The notes under the pieces: model-generated | Seen by the model: the letters and a program-made list of their open reading frames with translations, nothing else | Told to the model about the DNA's origin: nothing | Databases searched by the model: none | Position numbers and translations under genes: made by a program | Shown: in pieces, positions 51,121-64,000 of the stretch | Layout of the letters: every line of letters starts with the position of its first letter | How positions within the stretch are numbered: the first letter of the stretch is position 1 | NCBI GenBank assembly: GCA_028023455.1 | Contig: JAQFVV010000009.1 | Coordinates: 17,856,001-17,920,000 of the forward strand | DNA from: Epiperipatus broadwayi | Taxonomy: Eukaryota; Animalia; Onychophora | Length of the DNA: 64,000 nucleotides | Reading direction: 5' to 3'

Positions 51121-53993
51121 ACATGTACATATTTATTTTATCAACAAGCACATATTTTGCTATATTTAAAATCCACTTGTCATTTACGCACATATATATT
51201 TCTAAAATCAACTTATTATTTAGTTTTTAAGATTACTTACTTTTTTTTCTTTCTTTAAATAGTTTAAATGGAAAGAGAGGGTACTTTTAATTTTATACAA
51301 TGATTTATTTCTTGAATTGTCACACTTTAACTTAAGTTAATTCCCTCTCCTTTCAATCAATCTTTAAACTTTTAGTTTTAATGCTTCTAAAGCAAACCCT
51401 CTCCCCCCTTCTAACTAAAGACTTGTACTTTTACTGATAATAACTCATTAGATTTTTATAAATCTATTTATTTATTTATTAACCTTAGTGTTATTTATGA
51501 GAATTTGATTTTAATAATTTTTAGACAAAAATTTCATGTAGATCGCTTTTTTATAAGTGGTACAATATAGATGTGCACTTTTAAGTCCATGAATAATTTG
51601 TGGGTTTTTGTTAGGTAATGAACAAATATTCCAATCCTTTATACTTAAATTCTTAGGCTTAATTTTATTATTTTTAAAAGACTAAAAAGATATACTGATA
51701 GTTGAAATAAATTAACATAAAAATTAAGATTAAAGGAATTATTATATATATATATAATCATATATTATTAAGTACAGTATTTTCTATCTTTATTGCTGAT
51801 CCTGAGCCCTTAATTCTACATATCAAATCTACCCTTGAAGCAAACTCCACATTGGTTTGAATCATAAAGTAGAAAGATCACCATAGGGAATTGAAGTATC
51901 ATGATATCCAGTTTCAGATAGATATGTCTTCATGTGCCTTAAGATCATTAAGATGCATAATGCTTTGCAGATACCAGGATTAGCTACATAATTCCATTTC
52001 AGTCCATGTATATTTGCAAAAATTGTAAAGAATGTGTTTCTAAATAATTGTTAAAATTTAAAAACATTTTTGTATTACTTATATGTGGAGGTATAGCTAT
52101 ACTACAGGTTAGAGTCAATAATTTATATAATTTTGAAATAAACTCTTAGAAAATATAAATATTATTAAAAAATAGTTAAAGCAAAATAATGTTACTTCAA
52201 TGAATTCAAATTGAAATTTTAAGTGAAGAACCATTAGAATAATATGATTAAAATTAATAATTATAAAGCAATAAAAGCAAAGTGCTTAATACTAATCAGT
52301 CATTTTATGAATGTTACTTATTTATATCTTGAAATAACAATTGGAAGAATAAATTTATGAAGTCAGTTATTTGTTTGGTTATTATTTGCTGTGATTTTTA
52401 ATGAAGTTTTTTATTATGATAATTTAAATTGGTATCATATGAATCTAGTCTGTTTTCCTATGATCTGAGTTGGGTTCAAAAATATACTATAATCATAATA
52501 TAGTATTTCCATGATGATGATGATGATGTACTTTGATTTGTAGAGAAAAGATGTGATTTTCTTTTGTTGTTTTTGTTTTAATTTTAACCTATTTACATCA
52601 ACAGTTTTACTAAATTGATGTATATTTTTTGGAAAATGGCTTGATAAAAATCAGGATTACAACACACATATATGAATGAATAATTTGTTAATACAATAGT
52701 CACACAAGGCATGCTAGTTCAGATAATTTAATGATCTGATAACATCTGACTTGATCAGTCCACAATAACTTATTATATACCTACATTAATTCTCCAGTAT
52801 AGACTGTTATAGTATATAAAATAAGATTCTAGACTATTCTTTTTTATGGTTAAAAATTGACAAATAATATATTAAAATGATTATTTTATGTAAATAGCAT
52901 GTATGTGTGATTAGATTAAATAATAATAGTAATCACAGAAAAAGAAACGGAAACAAAATAATAGGATTAAAAGTATGAAAATTATTATTTCTATAATTTT
53001 ATCAAAGTAGTAAATATATTGATAAAAATTTAGTCATTTGTTTTATATTTGTAGATTAAACAGTAAAATAAGTGAAAGTATTAGGAAATTAATATTAAAT
53101 TTATATATGAATGTATTTCTAATTTTTTTTTTGTATAAATTTGTTTTAAACCAACAGATTATTCTTTAATTAAAGAAAAATACATCTATATATTTAGAGG
53201 AGTAAAGATTGTTTTTGCTAAATTATAAAATTGATCTGCAAAACTTCCCTTTAATAGTGTTTTTCAACTTTTTGTCTTTTTTTAATTACGTAAATGGTAA
53301 ATATATTTTATATTAGAAAAAAGTTTAAACGTCTAAAATGTAAGATGATTTTTTATTTTTTGCATTGTTAAAGCTACTACATAATGTTTTTATTTTTTAA
53401 ATAGATTTCAGTTAAATGTGTAATTGGATAATTTCTGGTATAATTTTTATTCAAAATAAAAGATGCATGAAAGAAAAAGAGTGAAGTAATTTTAGTTAGT
53501 CTGTGTTTCTCATTATGCTATATTCAAGAATCTTTAGTTTTTTTGATTTACTTATAAATGACTTTGGAATGCATCATTCCAAAACTGAATTAAAAAGAAA
53601 AATTGTTTATTCTGAATGGTGGTTTTATAATTTTGAAAATTAATGAGAGGTTTATTAACTACACAAATGAGCCATCCATATCAATTCAAGATGCTACACA
53701 AAGAAATGCTTGCAAATGAACATTATTTTTTGATTGTTTATCTAATATTGTTAGTGATCATTTAGGAAAAATATATCAAGAAAGTAAATTGATGCTGTGC
53801 ATTTGTTTCCAAAAATTTATGAACCTTAAGTTAGAAGTATATATTTTCAATAATTTTCCATCTTTAATGCAGTAGGAAATAAACTACATTTTTCAAATAT
53901 TTTATAAAGATACAGCTGTTACACAAAAAAAGAAAAATAAATAATTGAACTATTCTTCTCTTGTCATTAATATTATTAAACTTTCTTTCAGAC

Positions 53994-54188
53994 TATTTCT
54001 GTCATCTAATTGAATAATTAAATGTCTTTAGAAAAATTCCAACTTTGTCTTATCCTTTTCTAAATACATTTTAGTAATCACATGGGTTAGTATATATTAT
54101 TACTAGCAGTTGACTGGATTTAGAAAAGTATAATTAAAGTTTAAGTTTTTCTAAAGACACTTAACAATTCATTTTGATAATAGAAATA
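53994..54188. repeat. Foldback built from the distal part of the 43.1 kb pLTR-like repeat
   Basis: tatttctgtcatctaat..aatgtctttagaaaaattccaacttt..aaatacatt..ttagtaat..ggttagta matches 43128-43236. 54115-54188 is an inverted copy of 53994-54070. Confidence 0.75.
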
Positions 54189-56984
54189 TTTCCGTATTTA
54201 ACTGCAAGTAAAATTCTATCATCACTTTTTAGACAATCATTAAATTCTCTTTTATATATTTAACACATTTAATATTACCGATACTGGGTGGATACTGGGG
54301 AAAATAAACTATCATATTTAACTTATAATTGATATTCAGATATATTAAGTTAGAATATGGCAAGTCTGTGTGGATAAATATTAAAATATTTAAAGAATGA
54401 TCAAGATTATTATGCTTTTTCCAAAAAGTATTTTGAATTTAGAAATGCATATAATTTTTTATATAATATTATACATGTGAATTTTCAATGTTTATAATTA
54501 ATTTATGAGTTAAAGAAATAAACATGCTAAACATTTTACATTTCAAGATTCAAATAATTAGAATAGAAATACGATTTAAATCATAGTATATAATAAAAGT
54601 CTATAAAAATAAAAACTGATTGGCAGATGTTGTATAAGTGTGTAGGTATGAATAAAACTATGAAAAGTATAATAAACAGTTATTGTATATTTTAAACCAC
54701 TAAACATCACATGATCACCATCTCTTATACTAGTACATAATTGTTGTAAAATTATGTTATTTGACAATGTTTCCAATATGTCCAACTTACTATTCTTATG
54801 CTTGATTAAAATTGGCAGGTGTATACATGAAATGATTATAATATGAATATACATATCTTCATCCTGTATATACATTTATTTGTATAACCATTTAGAATAT
54901 CAAAATATTTAAAATATGTACTATTCAAATTATGAAAGTTGTAATTTGTTCGTTTATTATATAGATAGCAATTAAGAGTTCTTAAAAAAATGTTAATTCT
55001 TTATCAAATCAGAAGTTTATTTTGCAAATTTGAAGTATGATGTAATAATAATCAAAGAGATTCTGATCTATATCATTTGAGCATATAAAGTAAATAAACT
55101 ATAAGTGTTGAATTTATATGTAGGATATATTAACAATGTAATAGAATTAATTGGTGAAGAGAAATTTATATTATTCTAATTGTCATGTCTATTTAGTTAT
55201 TAATACAATTATTTTATTATTATTGAATTCAATGTGTCAAAGTTACTGTAGTCAGATATTTTATTCAGTAAAAAGACTTGAATTGATTTAATGATGAGTT
55301 ATATTGTAGTAGCTGATTTGGAAATGGAAAATAAATGTCTATGAAAAAGATGAAATTTCCAAATCATAACATCAGTTATTATTGTTTTGTGTGTTTTAAC
55401 ATGTATAGATAGCTTGTGTTATATTTAACTTTTAATACAATTTAAAATCCACAGAGACTTAGTGGTGCTTATTGTGACGATGGTTATAAATATTATGCAT
55501 ATTCCAAAAATTTTAGCATAAGATCAAATCTTTAGAAACCAAGTTTGAATTCAAAGATAAGTTATATAACTTTTAAAACTAGATTTGAATTCAATGGTAA
55601 TAAGATGATATTAAATGAGTTATATCAAATTCTTTATTTCATATCAAGGAATTTATTAAATATATATTTTCAGGAGGCATACTAATATCAGAATTATTCT
55701 GCCATCTGATTTTCTAGTCCATTCTGAATATTTTCACCATCTTAATCATTATAGTATATATCTCCTAATATCATATTTTGATGTGCGCTCATTAGACAGT
55801 TTTTCACTAATCTGTGTAATTTTTAAAGCTTTAAATTACATTCTAAAAGTACTTTAACCTTTTACAAACATTACTTTTTTATATTAATTAATTGATATAT
55901 TTACATATCAAATATTTAACAACCAAATAATAATAAAAAAACCCCAGACATTTTGAATTATAATTCCTTAAATTCAGGCTTTAAAAAACTTTTTTTTTAA
56001 AAAAAAAAGAATACTAAAGGAAAGTAAAATTATAAATTGCTAAAATTAATTAATAAATTATCAGCTTAGTGAAATAAATTTAATACTATATAGTAAAAGC
56101 TAATCATAGGTATACAGTTAGATTACTATAAATACCATCTTCCCATAATTTTTGAAAATGGATGTAAATAATAATAATGCTTAAAAAGAGATAAAGATCA
56201 TTTTTATATTTTATAAAACAAACATAAATTATTTCAATGATTATAGTATTTATTTGGTTCTGAGTCTTTTCACAGATATCAAAATTCATAACATATATAA
56301 ATTATTAACTCATACACATAGTGCAGATGTCTTTACATATGAATGATAGAATTATTTAAAAATTATAAATATTTAAATATCACTTTCCTCAAAAACACAA
56401 AAAATCATTTTAATATATATTTTCATTCTTTTATGATGTAAATTATTGATAAAATATACATATCTAAGTGATGTTAAATTTATAAAATTTAAGCTACTAT
56501 ACTTGCATGCAAAAAAGATAAAAATTGTCTTTTTTTTTTTTTTTTGCGAAATTTTGAAATCTCAATGACTGTAGTTATATAATGAACAAAAAAAAAAATT
56601 ATTATTTTTTATTAAGGTCTATTATATAAAAAATAATTTCTTTTGTCCCCCATTTTGGTTTTATTGAAATATTGTATTAAAAATATAGATATAGCAAAAG
56701 ACTTATATAGCAAAGCAATTGTAGAAAGTTGAGGAGAATACAGTTTATAGTCTGACATCAATTAACAAAATGCACAAATTCTATACTATATAATCTCAAT
56801 ATTGTAATGGTCAGATTTGTCTATCTCGCTAACGCCCTGCAGAATTTAAACCCTAAACACGAAACTGAACACTCTAGGAGGGGTTGCCTTCTAGATATCT
56901 TAGGCTCGAATCTAAAGTCTAAGTTCCACAGTGTCACTGATGTGACAACGCATCTGATGCTACTAATAATATAACCTTTTAACA

Positions 56985-58225
56985 GGTGCCGGTGGTCAGG
57001 GAGAAACAAAGACATTTTATACTACAATATAAGCTTGGGTTTGCTAACTAAACATCTATGGATGGCACAAAAGAGATGTATAAAAAATATAGACTGAGAC
57101 AGTGATATAGATCAAGAAAGTAAATAAAGAAGCAAAATTTAGTAAATTTAAAAGATTTATTAAACTATCAATTATATACGCGCATTGTCTGCATATGTAA
57201 GACAGCGACATTTACTAACTAAGATTGTGTTTTAAAACAAATGTCAATCAAAATTTACATTATTGGTTGTTAATGAATTCTCTATACCCCGGGTTAATGC
57301 AATAACATTACGATAATGTGCCTAAGAGAATTTGTGAAGACATGCGAGGTGCTTTAAGTAAATATTAGAAATAATTGAATAAAAGGTTTGAAGACAGTAA
57401 GGTTTCAATATAACACTTCTTGAATTCAAGAATAGAATGGACTGATGCTTGTTAAGCTATAAGATGGGGATATGATTAAGGCATGCATATTCATAGAAAT
57501 AATTAAATTCATATTAGGGGGTCGGTGGTGCTAGTGAGGAATTACTGTAAAGGATGGAGGGTGTTGTACATTGAGACCACAGAGCTTTGCAAAAAAAATA
57601 ACTCGGGTGCCGGTGGTCAGGGAGAAACAAAGAGACTTTATACTACAATATAAGCTTGGGTTTGCTAACTAAACATCTATGGATGGCACAAAAGAGACGT
57701 ATAGAAGATATAGACCAAGACAGTGATATAGATCAAGAAAGTAAATAAAGTAGCAAAATTTAGTAAATTTAAAAGATTTATTAAACTATCAATTATATAT
57801 GCGCATTGTCTGCATATGTAAGACAGCGACATTTACTAACTAAGATTGTGTTTTAAAAACAAATGTCAATCAAAATTTACATTATTGGTTGTTAATGAAT
57901 TCTCTATACTCTGGGTTAATGCAATAACATTATGATAATGTGCCTAAGAGAATTTGTGAAGACATGCGAGGTGCTTTAAGTAAATATCAGAAATAATTGA
58001 ATAAAAGATTTGGAGACAGTAAGGTTTCAATATAACACTTCTTGAATTCGAGAATAGAATGGACCGATGCTTGTTAAGCTATAAGGTGGGGATATGATTA
58101 AGGCATGCATATTCATAGAAATAATTAAATTCATATTAGGGGGTTGGTGGTGCTAGTGAGGAATTACTGTAATGGATGGAGGGTGTTGTACATTGAAACC
58201 ATAGAGCTTTGCAAAAAAAATAACT
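56985..58225. repeat. Recent ~620 bp tandem duplication, probably inside an LTR-like element
   Basis: ggtgccggtggtcagggagaaacaaag at 56985 and 57606 (period 621), high identity throughout. Minus-strand GTATAAAA in each unit. Possible LTR ends ..CCATTACA at 56803 and TGTGATATC at 59062, with no TSD. Confidence 0.93.
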
Positions 58226-59399
58226 AAAAAATAAATAAAATGAAACACGGGAAAAGTATCTTGCCATAAATCTGTAGGAAGTTGTGTCACGTGGCAGCCC
58301 AAGGCTGGACTCATCCAAACATTTAGTGACTGCGTGATGTTGGCCTAGAATTCCCAGGTGTGACAATTTGAGTACACACTCTGATTGGAAATCGTAGAAA
58401 GTGAAGAGGAAACGGTCATAGCCATTTAAAGTCCTTTGGAGGAACAAAGTAGTCTCAAACACCTATTTTAAAAGGATTCATTTAGTTTGATAAAGCACCT
58501 AATCAATTCCCCAAATATTTATTTTAAGAAAGTCCACACACTCGACTTCAAAATTATAAGCTTTGGAAATTAAGCAAAGCAATAAAACATATTTAAAATG
58601 GGAGAGTGCATAATTGTGGGGTTTTAAAAGAAAATATAAGTTAATACGCAATCATGCATTTGTTAAATATTGACTCATTAACCTCGCACATATTCTCATA
58701 TTATGTTAAAACCAATAAACATGTGGAGTTTTAACTGCAAAATTATTAAATAGTTGAATAATAGTAAGATAGCCTTCGAACAAGTGATTTAACGAGATAA
58801 TAAAATGGGACAAAATTTATAATTTAAAATGTGTTAATGGCAGCATTATGATTTAAATAAAAAAGGAGTAATTCGTTCCGTCGATAGCTATGCTGGCACA
58901 CCATCATAATAAAAGAAAAATAGATTAATAAATACAAAATATTAACCGAAGTACAGAGATAGAATACACTAATTAAGTTATAGAATTTAAAGAAACGAAC
59001 AGAATTATAAGATAAAATAAATGGAATTAGCTATAGCTTTTTAGAAGGAATATGATATCACAAGAGCTCTTGGATTAATTTGGGTTACCTCATCAGAAGT
59101 AGGGCATTCAAAGGAAATTTCAGGTGGAGACTTTTCCAGTTTGACAGTAGCAGCACTCATAATAATTTGGCAGCAAATTTCAGTTCACAGTGCACATTTT
59201 AGCAGTGGTGGCAGTTTTTAGGGCTTCTTAAGTGAAGGCATCAGATGGTATGGGGTGCAGCGGCCGACCATTTCCGAAAGGAAAATAGCCTTTTTGTCAG
59301 CTCTACTCAGTCATTTTAAGATTTCCATTAAGGACTGGGGTGTGCAGTTCTATGAGATTCTTAAACTCTCAGCAAATTAAACTTTTCAGAGAACACTTT

Positions 59400-59690
59400 A
59401 GACGCAATATATTTAAATACTTTTCAGTCTACTGGAAGACGAAATCTCAACTTCAATAATAAAAACTTGCAGGTTACTTGCCTACTACCTTTACTTGTTC
59501 TCTTAAAAGCAAACTGTCAGAAAACTAAGACTAGAATAAGAATGATCAAACAAAAGAAAACCTCTCTATATATATCAGAGCTGTACAATAAAAACTGCCC
59601 TGGAGCATTTCAAATATACCAAAAATTTTCTATCTTATAAAAGCTGCAATCAAACCCATCCGAACGTCCAAAGGAATTCAACAAAATTTT
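59400..59690 (+). mobile_element. Decayed jockey-like LINE fragment (post-RT region)
   Basis: KYFSVYW (KYLGV-like), SKLSEN, LIKAAIKPIRTSKGIQ (compare jockey LIYK..IKPIWTYGIQ). Confidence 0.45.
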
Positions 59691-62007
59691 AATTAATTTT
59701 TATTGTTAACTACCCTGTAGACATTCGGATTAAAACTTTGATTTCATTAAAAAATTTTTTGCTAATTAAAATTTCCTTAAGTGGACATCTGTTGTATTTC
59801 TAGATAAGCCACTAGAACATATTAATTAAACTATTGTTTTCTTGCTAACCCTCATTTATTTTTACATACAATTGATGGCGTGATTTTAAATCTAAAAATA
59901 ATAATTTATTTACTTCTTTTAATTTCAATGTTTAAATCTATTTATAAGTTGAATATAATTGAAACTAAAAGAGATTTAAACAGAAATACTAATACATATC
60001 AACATATTATTCCAACTTAAGTTTTGAAAATAAATATATCGTAGTGTGTGCACAATTATGACCTATATAACCTACTTTTTAAACAAATATATTTTATGTG
60101 TACATACACATAATTTACACTAGTTATAAACAAATATATATATATCACATGAGCGTTGTACTCATGGTTTAAAATTGGGGGAATTTTCGGCATATAAGCG
60201 CAATGCAGACACACTATGATACACTGGGGTTTAAACTAAGATATGAGGATAGGAAAGAGGTGAGAAAAGGTGAAACAAAGATCTGCAAAGCAAATCTTAC
60301 TGTTTCAATATATCATCTGACTATATTATATTTTTATATTTTTTTATGATGACATTAATGGGTAGGGGGGCTTTGATACAGATTTAATACTATTATTCTA
60401 AAACCCTTGGTTCTTTTTCTTTTTGGATTAGGAAAATTTAGGAGATCTGAATATAATCACTCAAAATAATTATAAGAATAAAAAAAAAGAAAATGCTTAA
60501 AAAATATTGCCATACTTATTGATTTAAACTAATTATTAATTTAAAAAAAAAAATTTAAACAATATTGAATAACATTAAGCATAGTTTATTAAAAATAATT
60601 ATTTAGTGAATGTTATTTTAAAAAGCATTAAAAATAAATTGAACAAAATTAATTGTAATTTATTAGCATAATTTATTAAATGCAACATATTAGTGAGTAT
60701 TGCTTAGAAAAAGTTGAATGAAACAAAAAATAAATTTATTATTTATTCATTGATTACTAGGAAATTTTGCATTTCATATATAAAATAAAATTCAATAATG
60801 AAAATTATGCTTTTCACAAATTGTGGTCTTTGGGCATACATACTGATATAAAACTGATAGGATATTCAATGATTCATTGCTATTGTTTTTATTGATATTT
60901 TGAGAATATATGTTTAGCATAGATTTGCAAACCTTTTGCTTTTATATTTTGTTAATAGTTGGAAATCAATAATAAACAAGTTGTCTTGATTTTATAACCC
61001 TTTTTTATAAACAAGCTTCTCTATAGAAGTTATAGTCTGTGCTTATACTTGCTATATCATACTAGTGAATATAAAAGTGATTCTATTATTATGTATTTGT
61101 ATAAAATTGCAAACATTTTCTTTATATTTTAACACAGTCGAGAAACAGTATGTATCATTTACATTCACATATTAAATCTGTCAACAAAATTTGTGAATTG
61201 CACAGATAGTATGAAATTCTATTATCAAAGATTATATTAATATAAATGTATTAGTGAATTTAAATTAAAAAAAAAAAAAACAGTGATAATACTCATCTTT
61301 TCTTAGCATTGAATGTTTCTTATCATAAAATGAGCTAAATAATACTTTATTTTATTTTATAATGTTACTGCTAAAAAACAATACTATGACCATAATGCTA
61401 TTCAGCAATTGTATGAACCAGTGACATATTTTTTTAAAATGGGAATCAAACAAATGGATAGTTTTTTAATTGTTTCACTACTATTAATGTATCTAATATT
61501 TTTATGAACAATTATCAATCTTTAGTTGTAATTCACTCTTAACATTTGTATTCATATATGATGCCTTTGACACTAATTAAATACTTTATATAAATAAAAT
61601 CTAAACTTATTTATAATAATAAGAGAAATACATTTAAACAATATTTTTATTTCACTGATATATAACTCATTCATAAACTGAATGTTAATCAGATGTATGT
61701 GATTTACATTGTTAAATACTAAGAAAAGTGCAAAATAAAACATTTAACTTTATGTTAATCTTGTTGTATGAGTTATATAAATGTTTTGTTATGAACTTTC
61801 CAGGATATTTTCAAAGTTGAAATATAAATCTGATGAAAACTAGTGGTAGTTCATATTGAAATGTAATTAATAATTTAAATTTAGTGCATTCACAATCCTT
61901 GTTTCTCAAGTGACCTGATTAAATAAACTATAAATAATTAAAACAATAAAAATATAAATATATTAAAATGTATAGTTAAGATTTTACTTCATTAACACTT
62001 AAATAAA

Positions 62008-62610
62008 TTAATATATATATATGTGCTCTGCGCACAGGTAATGAAGCTATTAATAAATTGTGAAAATTTTTACTGCCAAGCGCTTTCGGGACAGTCTACA
62101 GTCCCATATTCATGGCAAGTTATTCTGTTAATAACTGTAAAACTATGCAAATTTATATGCAGATGTTACGTGGACCATTTACTAGATAGGGAATAGCAGG
62201 CCTCTCTTCTGTTGATTGCCGATGGGTCAGCCACAATGAAGTAAGCTTCCCTAACTATACGTTTAGGCGAGAGAAACTCTGGACATGCTTTTTTACCTAC
62301 CACAGCCAGTGTCGTTTGCTCTGAAACAAATGATACCAAACGTAAAGTTAGGGAAGCTTACTTCATTGCGGCTGACCCATCGGCAATCAACAGAAGAAAG
62401 GCCTGCTATTCCCTATCTCATAAATGGTCCACGTAACATCTGCATATAAATTTGCATAAAATTTGCATAGTTTTACAGTTATTAACAGAATAACTCGCCA
62501 TGAATATGGGACTGTAGACTGTCCCGAAAGTGCTTGGCAGTAAAAATTTTCACAATTTATTAATAGCTTCATTACCTGTGCGCAGTGCGCAGAGCACATA
62601 TATATATTAA
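62008..62610. mobile_element. Foldback/MITE with ~260 bp near-perfect arms and 73 bp spacer
   Basis: Arms 62008-62264 and 62338-62610: 7 substitutions, plus 7 bp and 11 bp duplications in the right arm. Both ends are TTAA plus a (TA)n run. No credible ORF. Confidence 0.92.
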
Positions 62611-62899
62611 AATGTATAGATAAGCAATTTAATGAATGTTCACTGAAAAAACACACAGAGGAAATTATAATTCAAAATATTCTACACTAACTATTTGAAA
62701 AATATAGGTGTGCATTTATATAAAATGAAGTATAGTCATTAGATTTTAAAATCTTATCCAATTATTAATTTATTGTATAAAAAAGACATTTATTTGATTA
62801 TGATTAATTTTATCATTTCAATTACCTCTGAAAATTTTTAAGGCTTTTTAAATAGAAAGTTGCAAACAAAACAAAAACTCTTTTTAAATTTATGATGAA

Positions 62900-64000
62900 A
62901 GCTGTTCTAAAGTAAAAAAAAAAAAAAGTGAAAAAACAATTCCATTATCTCTGAATTATAAATATTAAAAGAGAGATATACCCTAGAAAGACTAGACATT
63001 TCTATAAGGTCACTGCTTAAGAAAGCTAGATCTTGGGCCATGGAGCTCAAATTAATGAATTTCATTATAAAATACCAACTCAATGCACTTCTCACAAAAA
63101 AGTCATCCCCAACTTCTAAAAGTTTGCCCACCCACACAGTATATAAATACTTTAAATTAAAATTACAAACACATAATGCATTTAAACTCAGAGCTGACCT
63201 ATTTAGCCAACCAGGATCAGAGACTTTCTTCCATACTGTTGACTTTGCTCTCAAGCTTGCCACAATATCGCATAACTGTCATCACAGGCCCCATGGAATT
63301 TCCAAATTTGTCTTTTCACACCTCAGTCACTTCACCATCATCTCTAAGTGATCTAGAAAACTTCCTATTAAACAAAGTTACAATATCCATAGTACCATTT
63401 AATAAAAAACATCCAAATATCCAATCCATCCAATCTACATTCTATTTCTATGGAGCCCCTTGGCATAAAAATTTTGGAAAAAGTCCTTAAGAAAAAGTTA
63501 GAATCACACCTACTCCCATTAATATCACCCATAGAATTTGCCAAAAAGGGATGCTCTATGGGCCAAGTGACCCTCTTGCTCAAAACAATTCTGAACTCAC
63601 TTCAAGAAATGAAAAAAAAAGCCCCAATGGCAATTCAACTTCAAGGCCATTTTTGACTCAGTTCCAACAGATACCATAATTCACATGCTTGCAGCCACCA
63701 CTACATCTTGACCACCCTACTACTTAACTGAGAGATTCATGTTACTCTTAAGGCAGACCATCATCACCATTTACTCCTTACCAATTAGTTACCTGAAGTT
63801 CACCTATAATTTTCCTACTATTTATTACATATACTAACCCTCTCATAACCAGGATCCAAGAAATAGTCACAGGAATTATAATTCCACACTTCACCTTTCA
63901 AATGCCCTGCCTGGCCTATATGGATGATATCATCATCTTTCTAACTATCCACTCTTCACACAATACTTGATGAATATACCATCCACTATAAACTTAAATT
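62900..64000 (+). mobile_element. Non-LTR retrotransposon RT pseudogene running off the window end
   Basis: TGPMEFPN (PGPDGIP-like), KILEKVLKKKLESHL, FKAIFDSV, PCLAYMDDIIIF (YMDD at 63917-63928), with frameshifts. Clade not determined. Confidence 0.8.

Noticed and set aside
289-63656. Remaining 60-125 aa ORFs in the supplied track
   Set aside because: Apart from the TE-derived ones listed, they are F/I/L/K/N/Y-rich as expected by chance in AT-rich DNA, or antisense shadows of TE ORFs.

Overview
Strongly AT-rich eukaryotic (animal, probably invertebrate; host not identifiable) nuclear DNA, mostly intronic or intergenic. I recognise no complete host gene, RNA gene, operon or CRISPR array. Nearly all recognisable sequence is transposon debris: two Buster/SPIN-type hAT transposase pseudogenes (one with both TIRs and a TSD), pogo/Tigger-like, Kolobok-like, Ginger-like and Merlin-like DNA elements, several LINE RT relics, two Penelope-type GIY-YIG relics, LTR-like segments and short tRNA-derived SINEs. 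Foldback (inverted-repeat) structures are unusually common. Best leads: (1) a Penelope-like unit at 43.1-44.2 kb whose inverted arms each carry a tRNA-Lys-like Pol III head followed by a CpG-decayed hammerhead ribozyme core, with a third copy at 54 kb that starts at the predicted cleavage site; (2) a ~100 bp TSD-flanked retroposed tRNA-like element (27.1 and 41.8 kb) combining a Gly-type acceptor stem with a TAC (Val) anticodon arm and a long variable region. A few isolated exon-like segments are reported at low confidence. All alignments, folds and translations were done by eye; no searches were run.
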